From Eledone cirrhosa (lineage: Eukaryota), in the NCBI GenBank assembly GCA_964016885.1, contig OZ024743.1, positions 318,432,001-318,496,000 of the forward strand: a stretch of 64,000 bases of DNA, written 5' to 3'. Below the pieces are notes generated by a model. It saw only the letters and a program-made list of their open reading frames with translations, was not told the DNA's origin and did no database searches. Below are positions 26,642 through 40,180 of this stretch, piece by piece (position 1 is the first letter of the stretch; the number at the start of each line of letters is the position of its first letter). Position numbers and translations under genes: made by a program.

Positions 26642-27933
26642 GTTAGTTATATTTTATTTGTTTTATTCTGTAATTTATTTTGTATTTGAAATAAGATGCA
26701 TTTAACTCTTTTGATACAAACTGCCTAAACCAATCTCTGGTTCTATGATACTGATAAAACAAAACAAAGAAATGTTTTACCCAGCATATTTCAACATGAT
26801 ATTTCAGGGCTGTTACCCTCTTTTCAAATATGGAGCTGAAACAGTTCAAAACCTGAATTGAAATACACTAGGTAAAACATTACTTTGTTTTGTTTTATTT
26901 GTCATCATTTGTATTTTTCTACTAAGCTCTTTATTTCAAAGTGCATATTTATATCTAAAAATTATAATTTTATGTAAGGAGCTTTGTGGGTTTATGTACC
27001 AAACATCAATTTGATCATTAGAAAGTTAGTTATATTAATAAATTATTCCAAATTCTGAATTAGTTTCAAACTTATTTGAAAATCATAGGCACTGTTTTTC
27101 ATTAAAAATATGGTGATGAAAGTGTTAAGTTCATTTTTCTGTTAAATCAGAAGGTAACCATACAGGCCTCATGACAAGCATCTCTATTTTGCCCTATCAT
27201 CTGCAGCTTTCCTCACTGTTAAATCTCAAACTATTAGTCTTCAGAGTTAAGATAGCAGACAACAACAAAAACCATTTGGAGACCATTAACTCCTGCTAAA
27301 GTAAGGGTTAATTTTGCCCTATCATCTACATTTTCCTCACCGATTCCCTAGCTTTCATTTTCTCTTCCATCTTCATTAGCTATGTCTTTCTTTGGCTTCC
27401 CCTTTCTTCTACTTCCTTCCACATATCTGTATGTATCTCGTTTAGAATAAATTCACCATATTTCTGCATGTTTTAAGAGGTGACTAAAAGGGATTTGGTG
27501 CCAGGAAGGGCATCTGACTATAAAATATTGTTTCAAAAGGGACTCCGTGATAATTGTGAAGTCTATCATAGGGTCTGTATGGCTAACCTCTTGCTTTAAC
27601 AAAGAAAATAGCCTCAAAATAGTTGTAATCGTATGAATTTAAAAAAAATGATTTTCCATTAAGAATCATTCCCAGTAGTAGAAAGATTATTAGAGTATTA
27701 CTAGATTACCCATGACCCATTGGGTCACGTTCACTTAAAAATATTTAAAAAAATCATCTTCACATAAAAATCATTTTTAAATAATTAAAATATAGACAGA
27801 TATGTATATAATGTAAAATGAAATTGAAAGGCCCATATATATATGTGTGTGCATATGTGTGTGTGTATACATATATATATGCGTGTGTGTGTGTGTATAT
27901 ATATGTATGTGGGTGTCTCTGACCTATATACAC

Positions 27934-30748
27934 TAGGCATATGACTTTTTTACAACCCCATATGAGCATGCTATTTTCTAATGAGGTTTTTGTCATAAAG
28001 AAAGAATTACAGTAGTTTTTTTGTAAATTTTGAAAAAGATTCTTGCACATACTAAATTATATTTTTAAATTTTTGGTAATTAGCCAGTCCCATAAAATAA
28101 ATACCTAAAACAATAAATTATGACACTAAAAAATTTATTTTAATTATTAGTTAAACAAAATTAAACTCTAAGGTTCTACTACTTTTACAAAATGGCAAAA
28201 GGTCCTGCACAACTTTTACAGCTCGCTCAGCACAAATGTTCAAGCGTTGCGTCACAATTGGAGATTCTTCATTAGACCAAAATTTTCTGACGGTGTTTGT
28301 AGCCTTTTCACACTTGGCCTTAATTAGTTGGTCAATGAGTTTCTGCTTGCTGTCAGCTCTATACAGTTGACTTGAGGACCACATTTTCCCCCACATTCTG
28401 CAGATGTATTCGGCACCAGCGCGCAGCTTCGCTTGTTCATCAGGCATCAAAGTAAACCCAAGCAACAAATAAATTGCTCGGCTATTCCAACGAACATTGT
28501 GCAAATTAGGTAATTTCTTAAAATTTATTTTAGGAAACGCACCGTTTTCAAAGAAATGTTGCACGGCTATCATGAGATGCCAAAGGAAATCCATGTCACT
28601 TCTCCAGCGCGTCGGGGTTTCATTAATTTCCGTCATTCCATTTGAAAAGTTCTGCTTCAGTTCGTCATAGTTCTTTAAAATGGCCTCAACAAAGTAATTT
28701 GTTGTTTTGCTACTATATAGTTGATCAAAATAAACTTTCAATGCACGGTCTAAAATGTGGTGCTGGCATCCAACATATAATGGCTTGCTATAACCGCGAC
28801 GCGCGAACTCACTGTTGAGCATGGTAACAACTCCTGCCCTTTTGCCGGTATTGACACTAGTTGTGTCGGAGACTATCATCACGATAGATTTCCACAGTTC
28901 ATATTTGTCAATAACTTCTTTCAATCCATTAAATATAGTAAGAGCCTTTCCATCGGTTAATGCCATCGGCCTCAGGCGTATTTCTTTCTCACCATTTTTT
29001 ATCACTACAACCTGATATTCTACATCTCTCATTCGTTTTCCATCAAAATGAAGGCTCCATTTTTCCCTTTTGAGTTCATTTTTCTACTTTTCCATGAGTT
29101 TCCATGATTTTCTCTGATAACTGCTTTGTGCACTGCCGACTGACTCGGGGTGCTCACCTTAATACCACCACTTTTAAATTCGTTGAAAACTGCTGCTGCT
29201 TTTCTACTAGGTAATTTAGTATTTCTTACTAGGTTAACAGCATGAGCTGTGTTTTCTCTTTTTCGTTTTTTTTCTGGTGAAGGTGAAGGTTTGTAATCGC
29301 TGGTAATTGTATCGGTGTCACTGTAGCTTTCATTTGAATTCAGATGAATGTATGAGCAGGATGGCTTATCATGATCTAGTTCTTGTTTTTTGTTTTTAAT
29401 TCTCTTAGAAGGATGGATTTTCTTTTCACTGTCTATTTTCATTGTAGTATACCCAACCTTTCCACAACTCTCAACTTGTTTTTCATAAAATGACAAATCT
29501 TCGGCTGCTAACCATATCCCATATCTTTTTGTAATGTCAAACAGATTATTGAAATTTGCAGAGCCAGGTCTTTTCACTTCTTTTTCCTTTTTTTAAATTA
29601 TTTTTCAATTTTTCGAGGTATTGAAAGTTTGTTGATAGTTGGAAAGCCGAACTTTTCCCATAAACTTTCACATTCTCCAGTGATTATCTTAATTCTTTTT
29701 TTGGTATTTTTCTCTTCAGCAGCAAGAGTGATATATCTATCAACAATCTGTTGCTCAGTAGGTAGCTTGCATAATTCGATTAATGAACTTTGAATTTTCG
29801 TTTTCCTAGATTTCTTTCTCTACAAAATGACAAATATTTTGTGCCCAAATCTTTTTACTTTACTCTTTAGCAACTGGATTTTTATACATCTGAAATTTAT
29901 AATATTAATATAATATAATTATAAATATTAAAATATATTAATAAATATACATGGGTACAAGCTGAAGCATATAGACAATATGCCCCCACACCCTCCCACT
30001 GCAAAGTGGTCATGGAGGTGCCACAGCAAAAAAGCACCCAGCCCACACTGTAAAGTGGACGTGTAGGCGCCACGGAAAAAAAGCACCCAGCACTCACTTA
30101 ACAAAAAGATGACAATGAGCGAAAAAAAGCAGAACGAAAATGTTTTAAAATGGAAAATTAAATTATATTTTTTTCAAAATAAAAAAGACACAGAGCTCCA
30201 ATGTCTTCAGCCATCGAGATGGTCCTTTTTAAATGAGGTTGGTGTTAGGAGGGGCATCCAGCTGTAGAAATCAAGCCAAAATCAGTTCCTGTATGAGCAA
30301 GGCAGGGTCAGCCGACCAGACACTGCCCACATAGGACAACCCGTCTAACCCATGCTAGCATGGAAGAACGGACGTAAAACGGTGATGATGATGATACCTC
30401 GCAAATTTTAATTTATTCTATTTATGTATTTTATGAATTTTATGAACAGATTAAACTGACAAATAAATGATGAACAAGCAATAAAGTTGATCCATTAAAC
30501 AATTTAAAGAAGAATACTATATTTTATAAACTGTTAAATTGCACACTATATTTTTATTACATACACACGTGTATTGTATATGCAATTCTATATTAGTTAA
30601 TCGATGTTAAAGAATCTACCTTGTGCAAGAGTTTTTTAAAATTCTAATATTTTTTAACATGTTCACAAGTATTTTCTAGTAAAAGTTCATCTGAAAATGG
30701 CATGTTCATTTATTTTTTTAACAAAAGTGTACTTTAGGAATATGCCTA
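27934..30748 (-). mobile_element. Complete hAT-superfamily (hATm-like) DNA transposon
   Basis: TIR TAGGCATAT at both ends with subterminal similarity. Perfect 8-bp TSD ATATACAC at 27926..27933 and 30749..30756. Confidence 0.9.
28151..29889 (-). pseudogene. hAT-type transposase, frameshifted
   Basis: LWEKFGFPT, LFDI, WSLHFDGK (D), SDTTSVNTG (D), CQHH (CxxH), RW and NICAERAVK (E) motifs, split over several frames. Confidence 0.88.
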
Positions 30749-31204
30749 ATATACACTGGTCACAGACACACCACACTGTCCTAACACAAGTTATATGATA
30801 TATATGACTTAATATTCAGTCACCAAATTCAAGCTAGATACAGTAATACTGTATTCGATTCTTTGAAGTCACTTGTTATAATTTCATTCAACAACACCAC
30901 CAGCTCTCTCTCTCTTCTATTTCCTTCTCTGTCTCCTCTCTCTCTCTATGTCTCTCTTTCAATCTACTCTCTCACAACCACTATCTCTTTTTCTTTATAG
31001 TTCTCTCTCTCTGTTTATGAAGATACCCGGAAAAACCCTGTATCTCAGGAACCCATGCTCTGATTTATGTGAAACCTTTTTTATTCCATTTGTATTCCCA
31101 TTTCAGGGGTAACTAACTTCCTTTCAAAGTATTTTCCAATTGTGTGCCGTTTTGGCTGTATTAAATTACAGACAAACACACAATCACAGAGTTTTAGTAG
31201 TATA

Positions 31205-32057
31205 CTAGACCACCCCTGACCCATTGGGTCACATTCACTTCAAAATATTTAAAAAAAATCATGTTCACTTAAAAATAATTTTTAAATAATTAAAATATAC
31301 ACAGACATGTATATAAGGTGAAATAAAACTGGAAGGCCCATATATATATTTGTGTGTGTATGTATATATAAAAATGTGTGTGTGTATACATATATGAATC
31401 ATCATCATCATTTTACGTCCACTTTTCCCTGCTTGCAAAGGTGGGACAGGAACTGATTCTGGCTTGATTTCTACAGCTGGATGCCCTTCCTAACACCAAC
31501 CTCATTTACAGTGAGTGTTGGGTGCTTTTTTGCCGTGGCACCTCCACGACCACTTCGCAGTGGAATGATATGGACCCCAGTCCCTATCATCTCATTTCTA
31601 CAGCTGAGTAAACTGGAGCATTGTGAAATAAAATGTCTTGCTCAAGGAAACAACACATCACCCAGTCTGAGAATTGAACTCACAACCTTTCGATTGCAAG
31701 GCCAATGTTCTAACCACTAAGCCATGTGCCTCCATATGTGTGTGTATATATATATATGTGGGTGTCTGTGATACACTGGTCATAGACACACACACATATA
31801 TGTAGACACACTCACATATATATATATATATACACAACAACAGCTCTCTCTCTCTCTCTCTGTTTATGAAAGTACCCGGAAAAACCCTGTATCTTGGGAA
31901 CCTATGGTCCGATTTATGCGAAACTTGTTTTATTCCATTTGAATTCCCATTTCAGGATCAACTTCCTTTCAAAGTGTTTTCCCATTATGCACCCTTTTGG
32001 TTGTATTACATTACAGACAAGCAAGCAAGCAATCACAGACTTTTAGTAATATATAGA
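31205..32057 (-). mobile_element. Non-autonomous Helitron copy 2 (head-to-tail with copy 1; SINE inserted)
   Basis: 5' TC at 32057, 3' hairpin gacccaatgggtc and CTAG at 31205..31208. Body similar to copy 1. Confidence 0.72.
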
Positions 32058-32909
32058 TAGATAGCTTAATGCACTTTTTGCAAACCAACTCAATTATTTA
32101 CTATAAAAAGGATCGATCGACTTTCGTCAAATCTGACCGAGGAAACAATGTTTTCATCGGTCTTTCCAGTTGATAGTACTATCTATCAGTCACAACTCCA
32201 GGTATAAGGAGCAAAGTGTCTTGCTCAAGGACATAACGTATTGCACAGTCCAGGAATCGAACTCACAACCTCAAGATTGTGAATCCAATTTTCTAACCAC
32301 TCAGCCACACGCCTTCACCTATTTACTATAAATATACTCCAAAGTGGGAGCACATATAAAGTTAATCTTTATTAGGAAAGGAGTATCATAGATAAGGCTA
32401 TCAACCATATTTATTTATCTTCTACATACAGACATTGCTGTGTGGTTAAGGATTTCACATACAACCATGTAATTTGGGGTTATCATTAGTATTATTATTA
32501 TTGTTATGAAGGGTGATGGATTGGTAGTATCAGTAGAACATTGGACAACATGCTTTGCAACATATAGTTATGTCTCTTTATGTTCTGAGTTCAAATCCCA
32601 TCATGGTTAACTTTGCCTGACGGGCTTCATAAAATAAAGTACCAGTGATTTAATCAACATCCCCCCCCTCCAAAATTGTTGGCCTTGTGCCTAAATCAGA
32701 AACCATTATTATTATTATTGTTTTTATTATTATGTTATGAAGAGTCAATAAACTCTGCTGAAAATCCATCATGTCATGAGAAATATGGTAACAAAAGGGT
32801 TAAGAACAGAGTGAGGTTATAAAATAACAATTAATTACACTAGGCCTATGGCTTTAATTATAGTGTTTATAGGAATAAGAACTAATTCTATAATTCTTAT
32901 AATTTTCAG

Positions 32910-33005
32910 GTATAATTTGTTATGATAATTTGGAAAGTATTTTAAAAATTGACGAAGGTAATTCAGTAAAGAAGGAGACAAAGTATGTAGTACAAAAATA
33001 TATTG
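32910..33005 (+). CDS. TTLL3: TTLL3-like exon 11 (GIICYDNLESILK...YVVQKYI)
   Basis: tttcag/gtaagt boundaries. VVQKYIE motif. Confidence 0.95.
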
Positions 33006-33244
33006 GTAAGTAATAAACTTCTTCTTCTCATCAACTTTGATTTCCTTTTTCTGGGTCTTCCTATTTGTCTACTTCTTTCCACATTCATTTCCATCACTCG
33101 TCTCACCCAGTCACTTTCATCCTTCATCAACACATGACTCAGCCATCTCATTCCATTTCCCTTCACAACATTCTTCACTGGTTCTATTCCCCATGATTCT
33201 CTACAATTCACGATTACAATAATAACATACACACATCTATACAA

Positions 33245-34062
33245 ATATCATCATCATCATTTTACGTCCGCTTTTCCCTGCTTGCAAGGGTGGGACGGGT
33301 CTTATTCATCACAGCATCACTCCACTCGTCACGGTCCTTTGTCATCTCCATCGTGAGCTTCAATGATCTGAGGTCTGTTCTCACCACCTCCGCCCATGTT
33401 TTTCGTGGTCTACCTCTACAACGTCTTCCTTCAACTGGCATTTCCTGGCACTTCTTCACCCATCGGTCATCCTCCATGCGCATCACATGTCCATACCACC
33501 TCAGTCTCCTCTCCCATACACTACATTCTATCGCTCTCAGACACAGTTTCTCTCTCAAAACATTTATGCTGGGTCGTTCACGCATATTTACACTGCACAT
33601 CCAACGGAGCATGCTTGCCTCATTTCTCTCCAGCCGTCGCATATCCTCTGCAGTTGCTGCCCATGTCTCACTACCATGCAACATCGCGCTCCTCACACAG
33701 GCATCATACAACCGACCTTTCGTACGCAGGGAGAAACCCTTCTTCGTCAACAGAGGAAGCAGCTCCCTAAACTTCTTCCAACCCGTCCTTATTCTAGATA
33801 CTATGGCCTCGGAACACCCTCCTCCCATGCTAATCTGATCACCTAGGTACCGGAAGCTATCCACCACTTCTATAGCGCCCTCCTGCATTTGAAAAATGTG
33901 TCTATCAATGCAACTTCTACTGTCTAATTTCCCTGTACATCTACTGCATACATATTTCTCCCTACCTGTTAGTTTGCCTGCTATCCTGCTACATCTCTTG
34001 TGTACCCAGGATCTGCATTGTGTGCATTTTATAGAATTTATGCCAGTTCCTTTTCTGCATAT
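33245..34062 (-). mobile_element. Young RTE LINE 3' fragment (208-aa open C-terminus)
   Basis: Open ORF 33262..33888 (FRYLG...YGHV...GRPRKTW) with the stop abutting the (GAT)n tail. Confidence 0.92.
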
Positions 34063-34289
34063 CTATATAAATATATATATATATTTATTTATCTATTTAT
34101 TTGTTTTATATTTATTTTATTTATTTGTTTGCTTGTTTGTTTATTTACCTATTTGTTTGTTTATATATTTATTTATTTGTTTATTCATTTATTTATTTAT
34201 TTATAAAATAACTTTCTTATTAATCTAAATAAAATGATATATCTGTTTATAATAACCCAGGATAATACTAATAAGAATTTTATTTGCAG

Positions 34290-34434
34290 AACGGCCATTA
34301 CTGATTTATAATTGCAAGTTTGACATTCGGCAATGGTTTTTAGTCACAGATTGGAATCCATTAACAGTGTGGTTTTACAAAGACTGTTATCTAAGATTTT
34401 GTTCCCAAGAATTTACTCTTAATGACTTTAACGA
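34290..34434 (+). CDS. TTLL3: TTLL3-like exon 12 ([30 protein letters not shown]...YLRF)
   Basis: ttgcag/gtgagt boundaries. [17 protein letters not shown] is diagnostic of TTLL3/8. Confidence 0.97.
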
Positions 34435-36030
34435 GTGAGTTGTGTACAGCTTTATGTTTTCCTCAATTCTTTTCTATTGTAAATACACTAAATGATCAAA
34501 GAACTACTGTGAGTTTTTGTGATTGCTTGCTGATGATGTCATTGAGTTACATGACCAACGAGTATTTGTGAAACTTAGAGTAGCAACAGAGTAATCTCAA
34601 TCTCAGTATCATCATCATCATTTAATGTCTGCTTTCCCTGCTATCAAGGGTTGGATGGGTCCATATAGACCAAGTCAGTACTGAAGTAAAGCCATTGATC
34701 TCCCAGACAGGCTGGTGGTGGGGAGGTCTGCATCTCGCTTACTTATGGTCTTATATTCTATTGAGTGCACAGGAGAGGTTGCCATGTCTTTGACACAACT
34801 GAAGGGTCTTCCCATCCCTTTGATATCTTTGTACTTCTTTACCCAACAAACATTATCCATATGCATCACATGTCTATACCAGCACAGTCTTCTCTCTTGC
34901 ACCCTACATCTGATTCTGCTTATATCCAGCCTTTCTTTCAGTTCCTCGATCATATACATTAACATTACACATCCATCACTTCATTTCTCTTTAGCCTCTA
35001 CATGTCCTTATGTATGTAAACCAAACATTTGTGAGTGTGTAAGTGTGTAATTTACTTGAAATATTATGGAATGTGTTGAAAACTGCTTCTTTTATATATG
35101 TATGTAAAAGGTAAGCAGAAATAACAACACAATCGGTACAGTATATGGAAGGGATATATTGGTTAACGCTTGATATAGCAGGAAGAGGGTCTTAATGTTT
35201 TGGACGTCAGTCCTTCAACAGAAGAGAGAATGAGAAATAAGATAGATTGAGGGGACGGGCGGGTTGGAATTGGAATTTTAGATAAAAATAACAGGTCTAT
35301 TCATGTTATGTTGGTACCACAACATCCAGTCCTAAATAAATGAGGTCGTGTAGGTGTTACGACAAAAAAAAACACACAATCCACACTGTAATGTGACTGT
35401 GTAGGTAACACGGTAAAAACCTCCCAGTCCACACTGTAAACGTGGTTGGTGTTAGGAAGGGCATCCAGCCGTAGAAAACCCGGCAGACAATCCTATACGA
35501 GCAAGACAACCAATCTTGCCTCAAGTGGGAAAATTCCCGTCCAAACCCATGTTAGCGTGGAAGATGGACATTAAACGATGATGATGATGATGATGATGAT
35601 GATCTCTTGCAAAACTGTTGATGCTGGCGTTTTGTGTATGATTTAATTTTTTAGAAAAGTATATATATCATCATCATCATCATCAGAATTTTACGTCCGC
35701 TTTTCCCTGCTTGCAAGTATATATATATAATTAAAAAATAAATAAGTATAATTATGTGATTCCTTCTAAACTCATGTATATATCTTTGGGGGTATATATT
35801 TACAACTAACTCTACAATAATTTTTCAACCTATAATAGTAAACCCATAAACAATTTAAATAAGGATTTAAAATTTATCAAGCGTCTAAACTTAACGGCTT
35901 TTTTCAGGTTTAACATTATCCTCATTAGCATATATCCCTTGAGTTTTGAATCTTTCAATTCACTATCTTCATTGAACTTATACCATTAAGTTCACATGAA
36001 GATATGTCACTATCTTAACACCAATTATTA

Positions 36031-36091
36031 TATTTTATCTGACGAAAGCGTATTTAAATATTAGTACCCTTGAAATACGTATAATAAAATA
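36031..36091 (+). ncRNA. Type I minimal hammerhead ribozyme motif (Penelope-type)
   Basis: tattttat-CTGACGA-aagcgta..taccctt-GAAA-tacgta-TA-ataaaata. Stem I is 8 bp, the core is intact, and stem III is palindromic. Confidence 0.75.
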
Positions 36092-36136
36092 AATATGGTT
36101 TTATAAAGATATTTTCCATTTATTAATATTCTTAAT

Positions 36137-36189
<53 letters not shown>

Positions 36190-37466
36190 TCATTTTATGA
36201 TGACGATGATGATGATATATATATATATATGATATTAAGAATATTAATAAATGGAAAATATCTTTATAAAACCATATTTATTTTATTATACGTATATATA
36301 TATATATATATATAATAAGTTGACAGGACTAGCATGGGGTTCACTGCTAGTACTCAACAAGTAATATAACATTTCAGAGTAGACACATAGTTATTCACTT
36401 CAATACAACACATGTAAATGGGTACTTTCAATCTATACCCGAACTTGAGTTTCTGCCACACTTAATGCAGCAATAGAGTGCTTATCACCCACTACCTGCA
36501 TTTATTATGCAACAATGCACAATCAGTGCATATGGCTTCATCAGCGGGTTTCGCCTAATCAATAACCAATTGATTGGCAGAATTTGATTCCAGTCCGTGT
36601 CGGCTATGACAGTGAATGCAATGGCCAACACAGTATATATATATATTGATGAGGTTACAGTATTATCTATATTCCCATACACTTTTTAGGTGTATATAAT
36701 ATTATATATATATCATATACATTATACACACACACATACTTATCAACCTTCCCTATCCTCCCACCAATTGTCATCCAATCTATTCATGACTTCATACTTA
36801 CCATCCTTCTTATCCCTGTTCTCATTCCCTAAACATGCTGTCCTGGGATAAGCCCCCTCCCCCACTCTGATAAAGTAGAAAGAACTCTTCAGTTGAATCA
36901 ATAACCAACAACCTCCCTACTGATGGTGCCACAATAAAATGCACCCAGTACACCTTGAAATGTGGTTGGTTTTATGAAGGACACCTTGCCATAGAAAGCA
37001 TGCCAAACAAAGGGTTGAGAGAACCTTTTGGTTGTGTCACTTGCACAACAACCCTACTACTGCTGGTACCATGATAAAATGCACCCAGTACACTCTGTAA
37101 ATTGTTTAGTGTTTGGAAGTGTATCCAGGTGTAGAAAACTAGATATGGTTTGAAAGAACTCTTGAGTTGTGTTAAGGTCATGACAATCCCTCTAGTACCA
37201 TGATAAAATGCACCCAGCACACTCTGTAAAGTGTAGGCCTGTCTAATCAAATGCTAACTTGGTTTGTAATAATATGGTCAACATATGCTAGCATAAAAGA
37301 TGGACATTAAATGATGATGATGAGGGTACCTACATACATGCACACATACACACATAAAATTGAGGTATATATATATATATGCCAAAAAAGGTTATTCTTA
37401 CTTTTTTCTGCAAAATACTTTAGCTATATAAATGCAATCTAATTTATGATGGTGCAATAATTTTAG

Positions 37467-37580
37467 GTCAATTCATTTGTGTAACAATGTAATACAACGG
37501 AATTATAAGAATGGTCCCCGATCTAAAGAACTGCCTCAAAATAACATGTGGACTCATCATCAATTCAAAGATTATCTCAG
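37467..37580 (+). CDS. TTLL3: TTLL3-like exon 13 (SIHLCNNVIQ...NMW...FKDYL)
   Basis: ttttag/gtaata boundaries. HLCNN motif. Confidence 0.96.
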
Positions 37581-38514
37581 GTAATATTTTGCTTCTTACA
37601 AAACTACGGTTTATGATTGTTTTTAATATGTTCATATTTTATGTTATTTAATTTCTAATGAAAGACATGGCTTATGATTTAGATAAATAGAATTTGTAGA
37701 GTTGCAGGCAAAATGACCTTCTCAGTTCAAATCTCATCAACAATAATCTTGCTTTTCATGTTTCCAGTTAAGTACTGGAATAGATTTAACACTTTCATTT
37801 CACAGGGCAGACATGAACTCTGTAAGCTGTAGTGAAGGCAAGCCATCTAGGAGAGTAGACTCTCTGAATAAAAACTGATATAAGGTGGAGAGGACTCTTG
37901 AGTCCAGTAAGAAAACCTCTCATGTTGGTGGCATGAATAATGCACCCAGTTCATGCTGTAAAATGGTTGGTGATAAGAAGGGCATCCAGCCAGAAAAGTC
38001 CTTGCCAGAATTATAGAAAGCACAACACAAGATTGACAAAGGAATGCAGCGAGTGGAGAGATGCTGCACTGAAAAGGACCTGTCCAACTCATGCGGATGT
38101 AAAAAAAACCATGATGATGATTATCATATTTCTAAGGAATGACACTACCTATGATTTTTCAAATAATTTTGAAAATAATCAAGAATTTGGAAGGATGTGG
38201 TAATATAATGGACTTTCTCATTATCAAGTTGGTGTTTGGAGAATAGGTTCTTACATAAAATTGTGATGGAGGGTTTTTAGATAAATATAAACACGTTAAA
38301 AAAATGTTTTTTTTTATCATAGAACCAGAGCAGTTTTGTGTGTTTTGGTATTGATATAAAGATATAGCACAAATATGTGATTGCCAGCAGTGAAGGATGA
38401 CAATATATACAAATATTTTAGACTGTTGAAAAATTCATTAATTGCAAACTGTAGGTTATTATGCTGAAGAACTTGTTCTGCAAATTCATTTGCCTTAAAT
38501 TTTATCTATTTTAG

Positions 38515-38620
38515 AATGCAAACCACAGGTGACTTATGGGAAGAGTCAATATATCCTCAAATAAAGAAGGCAATAATTTGCTCTGTGATTGTGTCACAAG
38601 AGTTGGTTGAATCCAGAAAG
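38515..38620 (+). CDS. TTLL3: TTLL3-like exon 14 (...LWEESIYPQIKKAII...SQELVESRK)
   Basis: ttttag/gtatgc boundaries, in frame. Confidence 0.93.
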
Positions 38621-39189
38621 GTATGCAGTATTGTTTATTATATAAATATGAAATTTCTAACAAATACCTAACTTTTGCTTTAGTAGTTTTGAGTTTGTTC
38701 ACCATGTCCCAGTATGTTATAAGAGGCAGCTAAACATGTTGGTGACAGGAAGAGTATCTGGCTGGTCATAAAACATTCCCTCAAAAATAAGGGACCATGA
38801 TGTTTTTCATGAGTCCCCACAACTTCCATGAGGCCCCGAGCTGCTCATGTCACTTTTGGGAAAATCTCCCATTGGATGGAAGTGGTGAGGACTGATCTCA
38901 GATCGCTAAAGCTCACAAAGATGACAAAGGAACGCGACAAATGGAGTGATGCTGTACTGAGAAGGACCTGTCCAACCATGTAAATGTGGAACAATGGACG
39001 TAAAATGATGATGATGATGATGATATATATATATATCTATATATGTATCATCATCATCATTTAACCTCCGTTGTCCTTGCTAGCAAGGGTTGAATGGGTC
39101 TACATAGACCAAGTCAGTACTGAAGCAGGGCCACTAACATCCCAGACAGGTTGAGACGATTTATATCCCACTTACATACAGTCATTATC

Positions 39190-40180
39190 GAGTGCATCCA
39201 AGCTCATGGGTGTTATCCAACCATCTTGCTCAGGGTCTACCCCTGGGTCTCCTACCAGTTGGTTTTGCCTATAAAATCTGTCCAGCAATTCTTTCCTGAA
39301 ACCATCTAACAACATACCCATAGTAACGGAGTAGTGGCTCTACTTGGAATGACTCTCTGATCTCTGAGCTACACACTCTATCAACTAACATTACTCCAAA
39401 GACCCTTCGGAGGAACCCCCATTTTGGCTGCTTATATTTGCAATTGTATTCTTTTGGTCATTACCCAAGATTCATGACCATAGGTAAGGATTGGCGCTAA
39501 TACCGAATTGAAGATAGCAAGTTTGTCTTTTACACCTACCTCCCTTCTTCTGATGACCGAATGCTGAAGCTGGCACATTACTGCACTAGCTTTTGCAATT
39601 CTTGCACTTAATTCAGCCTCCTGCCTTCCATCACTTGTGAACATGGCCCCAAGATACTTAAACTTTTCTACCTGCTTCAGTTGAACTCCATTCACATGTA
39701 GAGTGCACTGCGCAAGCTTCCTTGAGAGGATGTGTGTCTCAGTTTTTGCAGCAATGATTTTCATTCCAGCCATGCAACACTTGGCATCAAACCTATCAAC
39801 TGCCAGTTGGAGATCACCTTCTCTTGAGTTCAGTAACACCATGTCATCTGCAAATTCCAGCCGTCTGATTTTACACCTGCCTGTCATGATACCACTTCCA
39901 ACCTGGCTGTGCATGTCAATCCTGTTCATGTAAATGATGAGCAGGAGAGGTGACAGTATGCAGCCTTGGTGAAGTCTGACTCCCTCATTGAATGGTTTTG
40001 ATTTAGCATCATTTATCTGAACACAAATGCTCAGCCATTTGTATAGAAATGTCAAGGCAGCAAGAAGCTGACCATCGATCCCATACTCCTGCACAACGTT
40101 CCATACCAGGTCCCAAGGAACGTGGTCATATGCCTTTTCAAGATTGACAAAACGAGAACATACATCTTGGCAATACTCCC
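39190..40180 (-). mobile_element. RTE-like LINE RT fragment (same family as 8965..10672)
   Basis: FVNLEKAYD, QGCILSPLL, FADD and FKYLG motifs in the 265-aa ORF. Confidence 0.9.

Larger units (their letters stand above)
27701..31208 (-). mobile_element. Non-autonomous Helitron copy 1 (interrupted by hAT)
   Basis: On the minus strand the 3' end is a gacccaatgggtc hairpin followed by CTAG. The sequence resumes after the hAT TSD. Confidence 0.7.

Noticed and set aside
33290-33846. Long plus-strand ORFs opposite the RTE ORF (also 7143..7829)
   Set aside because: Antisense shadows of the LINE coding sequence.
35191-35224. Hammerhead-like motif on the minus strand (CTGTTGA-aggactgacgtcc-AAAA)
   Set aside because: Two core positions are mutated and stems I/III are weak. 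At most a dead Penelope-type remnant.
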